A stretch of 64,000 nt of DNA from Rebecca billardiae RCC1528 (lineage: Eukaryota > Protista > Haptophyta): positions 2,232,001 through 2,296,000 of the forward strand of contig OZ251229.1 of assembly GCA_965240325.2 (NCBI GenBank), given 5' to 3'. Shown here piece after piece: positions 34,735 to 45,455 of the stretch (its first letter is position 1; every line of letters starts with the position of its first letter). The position numbers and the translations under genes were made by a program. A model generated the notes under the pieces. The model was not told the origin of the DNA, searched no databases, and worked only from the letters and a program-made list of their open reading frames with translations.

Positions 34735-36312
34735 TCATGCGATCGGCGCTGCTATCCCGTGCGAGCTCTGCCCTTCGAGCGCGCCGAGATGGGCCCTCGC
34801 TTCCAGCGCGTCAGTTGTGAGGAATGTCTCGTCACCCTCCATCACAGTGCCGTCGATGTCCATCTGCGCGGCGCGCGTGGCCATCCCGAGCGTGTCCTGG
34901 TCCTGCACGTCCAGCAGGTGCGGTGGCATCTGCTGCATCGGCTCGCTGTTGTTGATCTTCGCAAACAGCAGCCGCAGCACGCGCTCGCGGTCGGACCACG
35001 TCAGCTCGGAGATGTCGACGTGCTCCTCAAACGAGCGAGGCAGGTTGGACGTGCCTGCCTTGCGGTCGATCAGCGGCAGCACCGAGCGCCGCCCGCCCGC
35101 GTGCTTTGGCACCGGCGGGCGCTCCTTTGCGATTTGCGCCTGCGCACGGCGAGTGACACACATCCACGGCGCGCGCACGCAGCGCAAGCCAGCCCGCCAT
35201 CAGCGCTGGCTCCGAGGGCGGAGGCGCGGCCAAGGGTGCGCAGCACAGAGCGCGCACGCGTGCGCACGCGCGCGCGCGCGCACCTTCACTTCCTCGATCG
35301 ACTCGAGCAGGAAGGTCTCGACCTCGTTGCGCTTCTCGAGGATGAGCTGTGCCAGCCGCTTCACGTTCGCCAGCTCCTTCGACTTGAGCTTGATGAGCTG
35401 GCGCATGCCCGACAGCTCGAGCTCGAGCTCGCGCGTCTTGCGCTCGTGCGACTCGGCCGTCTGCGTGGACTTCTTCTCGTACTCCTTGACGACCTGCGCG
35501 AGCGACTTCTCGAGCGACTTGGTCTTGCCGCTGAGCTCGCGGATCTCGCGCGTCTGCTTGAAGCCCTGCTTCGAGTACTCCTTGAGCCCCTGCTCGTTGA
35601 GCTCGACCTCGCGCCGCAGCCGCTTGTTCTCCTCCTCGCGCTTGCGGTTCATCTTCTGCAGGTCGTCCGCCTCCTGCACCTGCAGCCGCAGCTCCTCGGC
35701 CATCCGGCGGTTCTCGAAGAGGATCTTCTTGGTCGACGCGTCCAGCCGCTCGACCGCCTCCTCCTGCGACGACTTTTTGATCTCGGCGAGCATCTGCTTG
35801 TACTCGCGCTGCATCTTGCCCTTCTCGTCGTAGAACTTGCGCTCCATCGCCGAGATCGTCTCCTTGTGGTTCTCCTCGAGCTCGAGGCGCTCACGCTTCT
35901 CCTGCTCGAGGCCGGCCTCGAGCTGGGCCTTGCGCTCTTTGAAGTCCTGCAGCGTCTGCAGCTCCTTCTGCAGCTGCGCGATCTCGTTCTCGAGCAGCTT
36001 CTCGCGTGTGCGCCCCGCCTCCTCCGCCTCCTTCAGCTTCTTCGCCGCTGCAAGGCTGTCGTTCTCGCGCTCGCGCTGGAACATCTCGCGCTGCTGCTCG
36101 ATCGTGTTCTTCAGCGATTCGATCAGCTCGTCTTTGCGCTCAGCGTCTAATCGCAGGAAGCTGATGATCTGCCGCGCCTCGCTCTCGCGCACCTCCCGGT
36201 CGCGCTTGAGAGCCTCGTTCTCATCGCGCAGCGCGTGCGAGCGCTGCTTGTACTCCTCCAGCGAGTTCTTCGCCGTTTCGAGCTGCAGAGCGCGCATGTC
36301 ATCGGTTGACAT
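34735..36312 (-). CDS. BBOF1: Basal body orientation factor 1 (CCDC176), one intron
   Basis: Coiled coil containing LAQLILEKRNEVETFLLESI and the C-terminal motif VDISELTWSDRERVLRLLFAKIN. Confidence 0.8.
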
Positions 36313-36580
36313 GGTGGCCTACGCCCTGGCCGCCCGATGTGACGACCCGGCGGCCAATGCGCTCCGCCCGCGAGCAGCCGAGCCCACACCTCTCTCACCC
36401 TGCACGATGGCAGCCTTCCAACACCTCGTTCGAAACGGCAGCCTTTTTTATTCGCGAGATGGAATTTCCGAATTACTTTGTCGAAACCGGAAAGGGGATC
36501 AGAGGCGCTTATTCGTCCCGAAATCGCTTTACTTAGAAGTATTCGTATTCCGTCCATCGGCCGGCACTCGAGCACGGGCG

Positions 36581-37813
36581 ATGGCGACGACGGCTGGTGG
36601 CGCCAGCGAGAAGCGGCCTCGCCCGAGCTTCCTGCTGTCCTTGGCCCTGCTAGGGCACTTTCCCAACCCGGAGCGCGACTGTGCCAAGCTGCTTGTCTCG
36701 TGCCCGATGGCATCGTGGGTGGAGCGCGCGTCACACTTGGCATCCATCGTCTCCGAGTCGCAGGGCCAGCGCGGCGCGCTCGATCTATTCTCGAACTGCT
36801 TCTCTGCGCGCTCCGTGGTCGCTCCAAACGGCGTGATGGTCCGCACGCATCCTGACCCCGACCCACCTTTGCTCCGTGGCGTCGCCTACGCCCCCGTGCA
36901 GTGGGCCTCCATCGGCTCCCGCGTGCACGCGCGCTGCGTGATGAAGTGGGCAGCCATGAGCGTCTCTGACGCGGAGTTCGTCTTCCTCGTCGACCTGGAC
37001 GCGATCATGCTCACGCCTCAGCTCGCACAGCTCCCGCGCCACGTCGCAGACGAGTGGCACCTCCTCATGCAGCACATGCGCATGCGCCACCTGCGGCTAG
37101 TCTCAGAGCCCGATTCCAGCTCTCCGCTGAACGCAGGCTTCCTTATCTTCCGGCCGGACCGCCGCGTGTACGAGGCGGGGCTGCGCGTGCTCAGATGGGC
37201 GAACACGACGTACAACAAGACCCATGGCTGGGAGCTGCGCGGCCGCCCCCGTGACGTCCTGCCGCGCACTGACGTCGCGTGGAAGGCAGCTCAGGGCACC
37301 TCCACCTTTGCGTTGCTCAGGCGCAACGACTGGCGCTTCTTCGGCGCGGCGTACGACCAGGGCTTCATCTTCTACATGCTGCGCGTCAAATTCGCCCTCG
37401 GTGAAGACATCCCGCTCGACCCGCCCCCCGGGTATAACCGCACGGCGCGCTGGTGCATGCCGCACTGCGCTGATAAGCCGTATTTCCACCTCGCGTCCCC
37501 GGGCAGGTGCAGGCGTATACGCTCTGCGGCGGCGGACTTGCGCGCCAAGGCGAAGCAGTACGCCTACCTGCGCGATGGCTTGTTGGACTTACGCACCATG
37601 GCTTACACGGGCGACACGCTCTTCCCCGCCGCCGCCGTCGAACGATGCGCCTTTGCTTGGGAGGCCACGCTCAACTGCACTGATCGCAAGGCGGCGAAGG
37701 CAAACGCGTCCGCTTGGGCAGAGCTGCGGGCGTTGCCCATACAGCTCGCCTTCACCAATCCCAAGTGCCAGCCGAAGGAGCCGTACGGGTCACTCTTCTT
37801 CCGCACCCGCTGA
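36581..37813 (+). CDS. GT-A fold glycosyltransferase (GT8-like)
   Basis: VFLVDLD (DxD motif), PLNAGFLIFRP, DQGFIFY. Start codon uncertain. Confidence 0.75.
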   Translation: MATTAGGASEKRPRPSFLLSLALLGHFPNPERDCAKLLVSCPMASWVERASHLASIVSESQGQRGALDLFSNCFSARSVVAPNGVMVRTHPDPDPPLLRGVAYAPVQWASIGSRVHARCVMKWAAMSVSDAEFVFLVDLDAIMLTPQLAQLPRHVADEWHLLMQHMRMRHLRLVSEPDSSSPLNAGFLIFRPDRRVYEAGLRVLRWANTTYNKTHGWELRGRPRDVLPRTDVAWKAAQGTSTFALLRRNDWRFFGAAYDQGFIFYMLRVKFALGEDIPLDPPPGYNRTARWCMPHCADKPYFHLASPGRCRRIRSAAADLRAKAKQYAYLRDGLLDLRTMAYTGDTLFPAAAVERCAFAWEATLNCTDRKAAKANASAWAELRALPIQLAFTNPKCQPKEPYGSLFFRTR

Positions 37814-38534
37814 AGTGGCGGTCCGCGGCGGTGCCTGCTTATTCGACGGCGCGCGCGGAATTCGATCGGCGCAGCAGCCATCATCTAATGCAGTAGAAGG
37901 CTGTCGGCGGCCGCCCGTGCACTCATCGGCATCGCAGTGCCGGCAGTCGTGATCGTTTATTCGTCTGTAGCTCATCACCGGCCGCGCTGCTCAGCTAGTC
38001 AGACTCTCGGAGAGACAGTGAGAGTGTGCATGACGAGCAGAGTCTGAGCAGCCGCGAGAGTTTACCGCGTGACTGATGTAGTAGCAGCAGTCATTATCAG
38101 TATATTGCATATGTCGTAGTGTATCGTCATCAATAATCTGCGCCAGTCAATATGATGAATATATATATATCGCCCGGAGTCTATAAATCGTCGGATCCTC
38201 TCGGGCTGGCTGTCTCAGTGTCTGTCCCGGCCCCGTGGCCACCGTGGTCCGTGCGGCTGCGCGCGCCGCCATATCATATATATATAGCGTGTCGATCATA
38301 ATATGGCAGCATATATATATATAAATTATAGCCTGATATGATCTGTCGTCATCATTCGTCTGCTGTATGTAAATAATATATGCAGCATGCCCTGTGATGA
38401 TGATGTCTATCCGTATCATCGGCGGATTCGGGATTGATGATGGCGGCATGGCTGGCGGCGACCGGCCTGTTGCAAATTGAATAAATACCAACAAATATGT
38501 GACGGCGACATCCCAGTGGGAATCCGCGTGACGC

Positions 38535-38684
38535 CCGGTTGGATGCAGAGTGTTCTCTACGAGGATGGCGTCTGGACCGCGGGGAACGCGATCGCTGCAC
38601 CCCTGAGGTTGTCGTGAGTGCAGCAATCCACTTGCGCCAGGCTGGGGCGTGACCTACGTCGAGAACACTCTGCATCCAAGTGGG
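38535..38684. repeat. Short inverted-repeat element (MITE-like)
   Basis: TTGGATGCAGAGTGTTCTC ... GAGAACACTCTGCATCCAA is a 19-bp perfect IR that extends imperfectly. Confidence 0.7.
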
Positions 38685-38869
38685 CACCCCCTCATGTCCA
38701 AGCGGAAGCAGAAGCTCTGCGCGCGCGGTCGACGCGGCAAGAAAGCTCAGAAGGGCTGGAGCAGTGGAGCTCAAGATTCAGCGCATGCTGCAGCCCGCAA
38801 GACGCGTGAGGAGGCGGGCACGAGGCGCTACGCAAGTCCCGGTCGACCTCGATCTCATCGTCCGAGTCC

Positions 38870-39412
38870 TCAGCTCCAGCGCCGGCCTTCCGCTGGAGCT
38901 GCGCCGTCACGTCGTGCGACGTGCCAGTCGTTGAGCTCGCTGAAGATGGGGCGGAGCGCGCAGGGACCGGATGTCGGGCGCATGTTGCGCGGGAGCGCGG
39001 CACGGCACGGTGCGCACGAGCACGGCCAGCGACACACCCACACGCGACCCGCCTGGTCGATGCGCAGGTTGTGGAAGCTCTTCCGGCTTGAGTGCGGGCG
39101 CGCTTCTCGTCGCGCGTCGCCGGGTCGATTGTGTCGTACCCCGGAAGTCGCGGTGATCTCGGCGTAGGGTACCACCACACGATCGCGCGTCCTCGCGAGC
39201 TGCGCGCGCGTGCGGTTCATAATCCGCTTCGAGCCGCCCAGCTCCGTGTCCATCTGCTTGGCCGTCCCCAGCCAGCGCGCGATCTCCTCGGTGAAGCTGA
39301 TAATGCGGGGCGCCCTCCTCGAGCGCCGCCGAGGCCCGAGCGCATCAGCTCCGGGTTGACACTGGCTCGCAGAGCGCTTCCTGGACGACCAGCAGCGACG
39401 CGTGGCACTCAT
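38870..39412 (-). pseudogene. Possible degenerate DNA-transposase C-terminal fragment (Sola-like)
   Basis: KQMDTELGGSKR ... KSFH ... VCRWPCSCAPC resembles the D..GG.K / SFH / R..C.C..C pattern. The match is weak. Confidence 0.25.
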
Positions 39413-40389
39413 TGAGCCCGGTCACAACGGGGCCATCCCAGCCGTGGATGACGCCGGCGGCAACTAGTCTGATGACACTGAATCCTACGAGTACTATCTC
39501 ATTCTCTTGCAGTACTGTCCTGTTGAGCACCGTTCGGACACTGCGCCGTAAGCTACTACTGATCCTCGACGCTTACCTCTGGGCCCCGACACTGCTTTGG
39601 GGGCGTCTGGGGACTGATCGTGGCTGGCACCGAGGTGGTCGACTTCATCTACTTGGCTGGCGCACCTTCGACTCCTCCAATACCCAGTAGAAGTACCGCG
39701 AGCTCTCGTGGTGGCACTCCGAGGAGCGCTGCACCACAAGGCGAGCGTAGATTGCAGATGGTGATTGCGAGCGCGCCCGCGGGCGAGACTACGCACAACT
39801 CGAGCACGATGGGGAAGGTGTTGAGGAAGATCCCGGTCGTTTTCTCGCCCGCAGACCACAGCATGATTCTCGACCAGATGGCTGAGCGCGCCGACGCGCT
39901 CGATCACAACTCGTGTCGGCACTGCACGTGGACGGCGTCGACGAGTGTCGACCTGACTGCCGAGCGTGCCGTGACTGTATAGCATGCAGCGTGGCGCACA
40001 CTCTGTCTAGAACCGTAGGCAAGCGTCGACGCGCGTCGTCTGGTGCGACGCGCGCCTCCTGAGCGCCTCCCGTGGCCGCCGCCGCAGCGCGGCAGCGGCC
40101 ATCATGAAAAAAATTCGCTCGCCGAAATTCCCCCCGATGTCGCGTTTGGTCTCACTTCAAAATGCAACAAGCCGACCGTGCTGCGGACTAGCATCAGTGA
40201 CTCACTGGACTGTACACTCTACTGTACAGCGCCGGATCGCAGGATCAGGATGGACAGTCATTGCAGACAGCGGCGCGCATCCGAAGAGCTCTAGGCCTGA
40301 ACCCTGATTCCTGAAGGGTCGCATTGCCACCCTTCGCCCCGAGGTCAGTAATGACCTCACACAAACCCGGCGCGCATGCGGCGAGCCGG

Positions 40390-41575
40390 TCACGGCCACG
40401 GCACGAGTTGCAGGCGGCGCAGCTTGCGCTCGTACTCTGCGGCCTCGAGCCAGTCGAGCTCGCACTTGCCCTCGCGGAACATCTGCATGCGGCTCGGCTC
40501 GGTGAGCAGCCCGCAACGCATGTCGAACTTGTACGTCTCCTTCTGGCGCGAGTGCTTGCTGTACTGCGCGAGGATCGACGGGGCGTCGTCGAACTGGCCG
40601 GCGTCGAGGAGCTCGCGCACCTCCTCGTCGTCGTCATCCGAGCCCAGCTCGGCGTCGTCATCCACGAGTCCGAGCGCGCGCTGCTCAGCCGCGTCGCCGG
40701 CACCGTCGGCCGCCGCGGATCCATCAGGGCTGGCGCTGCGCGGCCGTTTCCGCGCGGATCCACCCGCCATGCCGCCCAGGGCACGCTCCGAGTCGAACAT
40801 GTCGTCATCGTCCTCCTCGTCGTCGTCCTCGGAATCGGCGCGGTCCGCGTGGCGCGTCTGCTCAGCTCGAGGATGCGCCCCTGAGGGGAAGTCCTCGTCC
40901 TCGTCCTCGTCATCGTCCTCCTCATCAGGCGGAGGGCTCGGCCGCGGAGGCGAGGGCGGAGGGGCCTGCGGCGGCGGCGGGAGCCGCAAGCCCGGCGGCG
41001 GCGCTCCCAGCTCCACCAGGCTTGCGCCACCGCCACCGGCTACCGGCGGGTCAGCGCCGCCATAGGCCTTTGCGCACTCGGCCGCGTCAGCGAGGACCAG
41101 CCTCAACCGCTCAAAGTGCACCCAGCCCGCTCGGTCCCAGGTGAGGAACGCCGGCTGCAGGTCGAAGCGCCACACGTGGCCGTAGTGCTTGAACGACACG
41201 ACACGCCCACGGATCATCGGACTCGGACCTTCGTACCTCGACAGCGCAGACACGATGTCCTGTGCGCACATGCACACGCGCGCACAGCACACGCGCGCGC
41301 GAGGGCATACGGGCCGGCCGGGGACATGAGCCAGGGTGCCGCGTCGCGCACTGACGGGGGCATCCCACCATAGGCGCGTAGTGCGACACCCCAACGAAAG
41401 CCGCGTGCCTGCTCGCGCCGGTGTGACGCACCTGGTCGAACTGTGCCATCGTGTCGCCGTGCAGCTCCTGCGGCAGGCTGTGACGCGCGATCAGCTCGCG
41501 CAGAGCCTGGTCGAGGCAGATGCCGAGCTGCGACTCGCGGTAGACTTGCGCAGCGTGCGACGAAGCATCCTGCAT
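40390..41575 (-). CDS. TFIIA-like protein: gamma (small) subunit fused to the beta-type C-terminal domain; intron 41260-41431
   Basis: N-terminus YRESQLGICLDQALREL..QFDQ..RGRVVSF..HVWRF is gamma-like. An acidic linker follows. C-terminus ILAQYSKHSRQKETYKFDMRCG..FREGKCELDW is beta-like. Confidence 0.78.
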
Positions 41576-41765
41576 CGAGAGGGACCCGCCGCACTCTACG
41601 CAGCCCAGCCCAACTTCACCGCGCCGAGCGAGATGCCGATATGCAGCTGTCGATCGTCGCCTCGTCGGCCCTCGCGCTCCGGAGCGCGGCGGGCGTCAGT
41701 GGCTCCGCGCGGACACTCAGACCGCCCTTGCTCAGGCTACACAGCGCAGTATTTTACTCACCAGC

Positions 41766-43898
41766 ATGGCGGCACGCGAGCCGCCGCCGGTGAGTGTGAT
41801 ATGCACACAGCCTTTGATGCTGTTGTGGCGCGGGGCCTTTGGAGAAGAGGCATGCGCGACCCTGCAGTCAATGTGCGCTCGCGCGCAGACGACCGGGCGG
41901 CTCGAGGCCACCGACGATCAATGGACGCCCACTGAACGGCGGCTACTGCACGAGCTCGAAGCGATGATTGGGGCCCTCACCGGTCAGCCGCCACACGCAG
42001 ACGAGCTGCCGCTGCTGCCGCTCGTGACGAATCCTGCGTCTCCGTACCCCACGGAGGATACGGCCCACACAGGGCAGCCTCTCTTCCCCCTCGGGCTCCA
42101 CGTGGACACGAACGGCGGGTGTCCGCGCCGCTTTGCGTCCGCGCTGTTGTACCTGACAACGCCGGCAGGGGGCGGGCACACGTGCTTCCCCTTGGCAGAG
42201 GCGGAGGCGGCGTCTGCCGCGCTCGACGCATCGAGGCGGCTCATAGACGCGAGGGTCTCGCACACCGGCCAGGCGGGCGCCAAGCTCCAGCCCTTCGCCC
42301 AGGCGATCGTGCGCGCCGCAGAAGCGGGCGCGGGCACGAGCGTCCGCCCGGAGAGAGGCAGCCTCCTCGTCTTCTGGACGCGCGGCGACGACGGGGCGGT
42401 GTGCCCGTACTCGTGGCACGGGGCCAGGCGCGTGGAGGGTGTCGCGCACGGGGGCAGCGCTGCCTCGTCGGAGACGCCGCCGCCCAAGGTGCTGCTGCGC
42501 AAGTTCAAGGAGCTGCCGATCCGCCTCTGGCCGCGCGAGCAGTCGGCGCATCCTTCAGCTCGCGCGGCCGACGTGCCGCGTGCCGTCGCCGAGTTCGTGC
42601 GCGATTCCCGGCGAGGGTTCGCGCTGGCCGCGCCGCACGCGGCGATCCCGTGCTGGCCCTACGCACTCATCGACCAGCTCGCCTGCCGTGGCGGCGCGCG
42701 GTGCGCAGCCACGTGGCCTGTGCTCGCGCGGCCATATCGCGGTGCGCGCAAGCGCGCTCGCTCGGCCTCGGGCGACGAGAGTGGAGCGCAGGGCGCGAGC
42801 GGTGCAGTGCAGGGCGCGAGCGCGCCGCTCGTCGAGAACGAGCCTGGCCTGTGCGCGGCGATGGCGCGCGTGCACGCGCAGGTGCTCGCAAGCGGCGCGT
42901 ACTCGCGTGGCTCGCCCGAGCCGTGCGCGTGTGGCGCGACTGCGCCCACCGGCATCGGTGCGCTGCTGCTGGCTGCGGCCGCGCCGGCCGTTGGCAACGG
43001 GTGCGCTGCTGCCGCCGGCGACGCCGAGCCCGTGCAGACGCCGTCAGCTGCAGCCCATGGCGGCGCGCTCGTGGAGCTCGGCGAGCTGGACACCGCGGAG
43101 CTCGAGTGCGCGCTGAGGCGCGGCGCCGCCGTCCGCCACGCGGCCGAGCAGTGCAGCACGCGCGCGTGCTTTGGCGAGCGCTGGGTCTTCCCGCCGCGCA
43201 GCGCGTGCGTGCTCGCGAGCATGTGCCACTGGGGTCCGGCGCTGCGAAGAGTGCGCCCGCGGGGCGGCTACCCGCTCGTGGTGGTCGACCCGCCGTGGCC
43301 GTCGCACTCCGCGCACCGCGCCGGCGCGTACGAGACGATGCCCGACGTGTGCGCGCAGCTGCTCGCGCACGTGCCGATGCGCGAGCTCGTGCGCGCAGAC
43401 GGCGGCCTCGTCGCCGTGTGGACCACGAACAAGCGCGCGTGGGGCGAGTGGGTCGTGAGCGAGCTGTTCCCGCGCTGGGGGGTCGAGCACGTGGCGACGT
43501 GGTTCTGGCTCAAGGTCGGCGCCGATGGCGGTGGGCTGGCGACAGGGCCTGTCGACTCGGCGCACCGCAAGCCGTGGGAGCCGCTCTTCATCGGCGCCGC
43601 ACCGCGCGCTGTCGGCGGGCCGGAGCGCGCCGCGCCGCCCGCGCGGCGCGTGCTCGTCGGCGCACCCGTCGGGCACTCGATCAAGCCGGTGCTCGCTGAC
43701 GAGCTCGCGCCGTACACACCGGCGCCCCAGCGCGCCGCGGAGGCGGGGGACGTGCTCGGGCTCGAGCTCTTCGCCCGAGAGATGCACGCAGGCTGGCACT
43801 CCGCGGGAGATCAGGCGCTGCTCTACCAGAACGAGGCGTGGTTCTGCCGCGGGCGCGGCCGAGCGCTCGAGCGCGATGGCGAGGTACCGCAGCGGTGA
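41766..43898 (+). CDS. 2OG-Fe(II) dioxygenase (P4H-like) fused to MT-A70/METTL4-like adenine methyltransferase
   Basis: Dioxygenase motifs: LHVD, SALLYL, GGHTCFP, PERGSLLVFW, SWHGA. MTase motifs: VVDPPW, VWTTN, WFWLKV, HRKPWE, HSIKP, LELFARE. One uninterrupted 710-aa ORF. Confidence 0.85.
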   Translation: MAAREPPPVSVICTQPLMLLWRGAFGEEACATLQSMCARAQTTGRLEATDDQWTPTERRLLHELEAMIGALTGQPPHADELPLLPLVTNPASPYPTEDTAHTGQPLFPLGLHVDTNGGCPRRFASALLYLTTPAGGGHTCFPLAEAEAASAALDASRRLIDARVSHTGQAGAKLQPFAQAIVRAAEAGAGTSVRPERGSLLVFWTRGDDGAVCPYSWHGARRVEGVAHGGSAASSETPPPKVLLRKFKELPIRLWPREQSAHPSARAADVPRAVAEFVRDSRRGFALAAPHAAIPCWPYALIDQLACRGGARCAATWPVLARPYRGARKRARSASGDESGAQGASGAVQGASAPLVENEPGLCAAMARVHAQVLASGAYSRGSPEPCACGATAPTGIGALLLAAAAPAVGNGCAAAAGDAEPVQTPSAAAHGGALVELGELDTAELECALRRGAAVRHAAEQCSTRACFGERWVFPPRSACVLASMCHWGPALRRVRPRGGYPLVVVDPPWPSHSAHRAGAYETMPDVCAQLLAHVPMRELVRADGGLVAVWTTNKRAWGEWVVSELFPRWGVEHVATWFWLKVGADGGGLATGPVDSAHRKPWEPLFIGAAPRAVGGPERAAPPARRVLVGAPVGHSIKPVLADELAPYTPAPQRAAEAGDVLGLELFAREMHAGWHSAGDQALLYQNEAWFCRGRGRALERDGEVPQR

Positions 43899-44061
43899 GC
43901 CCGCTGCTGATATTGCGCGCGCGCGGCTGCTGCCAATAATACAGTAATCGTGAAATTCCGAAATTCCGGCCTTTTCGGCTTTTCCCCGCGGCGGGCGGCG
44001 GCACACGTCCGGGCGCTTGCAAGCACCGCATCCACCCGGCAACCAGCTTACGCCGTCGGTG

Positions 44062-45285
44062 ATGGAGCTGATCACCCCCGGGGGGGCTGGCGAGCCGGGC
44101 CACCGGGAGCGCGATGTTGACGCCGTCGCGCGCGAGGCAGACCGGCTCTTCTGGCTGTTGCGAGGCCTGGCGCCATCGGAGACGTCCGAGCGTGGCGCTG
44201 CGGGCGTGCTGGCGGCCGCAGCGTGTGCGCTGGATCTGACTCCTGCCGGGCACGAGCCTGAGGGGCCAGGAGCTGCGCCTGAGCCGAGCGACGAGGACGC
44301 CCTGCCCACCGAGAGCGAGGACGACGACCCCGACCTGTGTGCCATTTGCCTCGACCCAGTCGAAGGCGCCGATGAGCGGGGCGCCTCGCGCACGCTCCCT
44401 TGCACTCACGCGTTCCACGTCGGCTGCCTGACGCGTTGGCTGCAGGTGCGAAAAACGTGCCCTCTGTGCCAGCGAAACGTGCAGCTCAGCCGCTCCGCCC
44501 AGCTGCGGGCTCGGCGCCGGGCACGCAATGCGCAGCGCGAGGAAGACGCGCAGCGCGAGGCGGACGCCGCGCAGCGCGAGGCAGACGCCCGGCGTGCGGC
44601 GCATGAGGCGTGGGTGCAGCGCGAGGTCGACAACGCCCGGCGTGCGGCGCATGAGGCGCTCCAGCAGCGACGGCGTGCGGGCGACCTCAATGGCGACTAC
44701 CCGTTGCTGCCGCACCGCACCCTGGGGCCCCCGGCGCCCCCGGCGCCCCCGAACTTCGACGTGCTGGTGCGGCTGCTCGATTTTTTGTACCTGGGCGAAG
44801 ACACGCGCGCGGACACGGACACCGAGCCCGATGCCATGGCGCCAGCTGCTCAGGCGCGCGAGCCACAGGCCACGCCGGCAGGCGCTGCCGTGCCGCGCCC
44901 CGACGAGCCGGCCACTCCGCCGGCCGGTGCGGACGACGGAATGGCGCGCCCGGCCGGTGCAGATGCTGAGCGGCGGCCGCAGCCGCCGACGTGGCCGCCA
45001 GCTGTCGGGCAGCGCGTGCAGGCGCGCTACCCACCCACGAGCTGGAGGTGGCGACCAGCGCGCGTGGTTCGCGCCAGCAGCGCACATGACGAGCCCCTCC
45101 GCCTGCTCTTCGACGGGTTCATGCGCTCGGTCAGCGTGCCAACGAGCGCTGTGCGCGTGCAGATGGGTCGACGCTCCCAGAGCCGCAGTGCCGCCGCGCG
45201 TCGCGCCCGTCACGTCATCGACCCGGACGCCGGCGTGGCCACCGGCACCGGCGCGGCTGGCGAGACCGCGGCCACGGGTCAATGA
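44062..45285 (+). CDS. RING-H2 E3 ligase with C-terminal Tudor/Agenet-like domain
   Basis: CAICLD..LPCTHAFHVGCLTRWL..CPLC. C-terminus VGQRVQARY..WRPARV..LLFDGF. Confidence 0.8.
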   Translation: MELITPGGAGEPGHRERDVDAVAREADRLFWLLRGLAPSETSERGAAGVLAAAACALDLTPAGHEPEGPGAAPEPSDEDALPTESEDDDPDLCAICLDPVEGADERGASRTLPCTHAFHVGCLTRWLQVRKTCPLCQRNVQLSRSAQLRARRRARNAQREEDAQREADAAQREADARRAAHEAWVQREVDNARRAAHEALQQRRRAGDLNGDYPLLPHRTLGPPAPPAPPNFDVLVRLLDFLYLGEDTRADTDTEPDAMAPAAQAREPQATPAGAAVPRPDEPATPPAGADDGMARPAGADAERRPQPPTWPPAVGQRVQARYPPTSWRWRPARVVRASSAHDEPLRLLFDGFMRSVSVPTSAVRVQMGRRSQSRSAAARRARHVIDPDAGVATGTGAAGETAATGQ

Positions 45286-45455
45286 TGCACTTGTAACCTG
45301 CTTGTCAATGACAATGTCAGCAGATATATCCTGCTGGAATCAGAGCAGTATCACGCCGGGCTCAAAGTTATATATATATTTATATTGGCGCGGTATATAA
45401 GCAGATTATATTGACGCCTGCCGCCGACGTTGTCACATTACCATACGTCGTTAAT

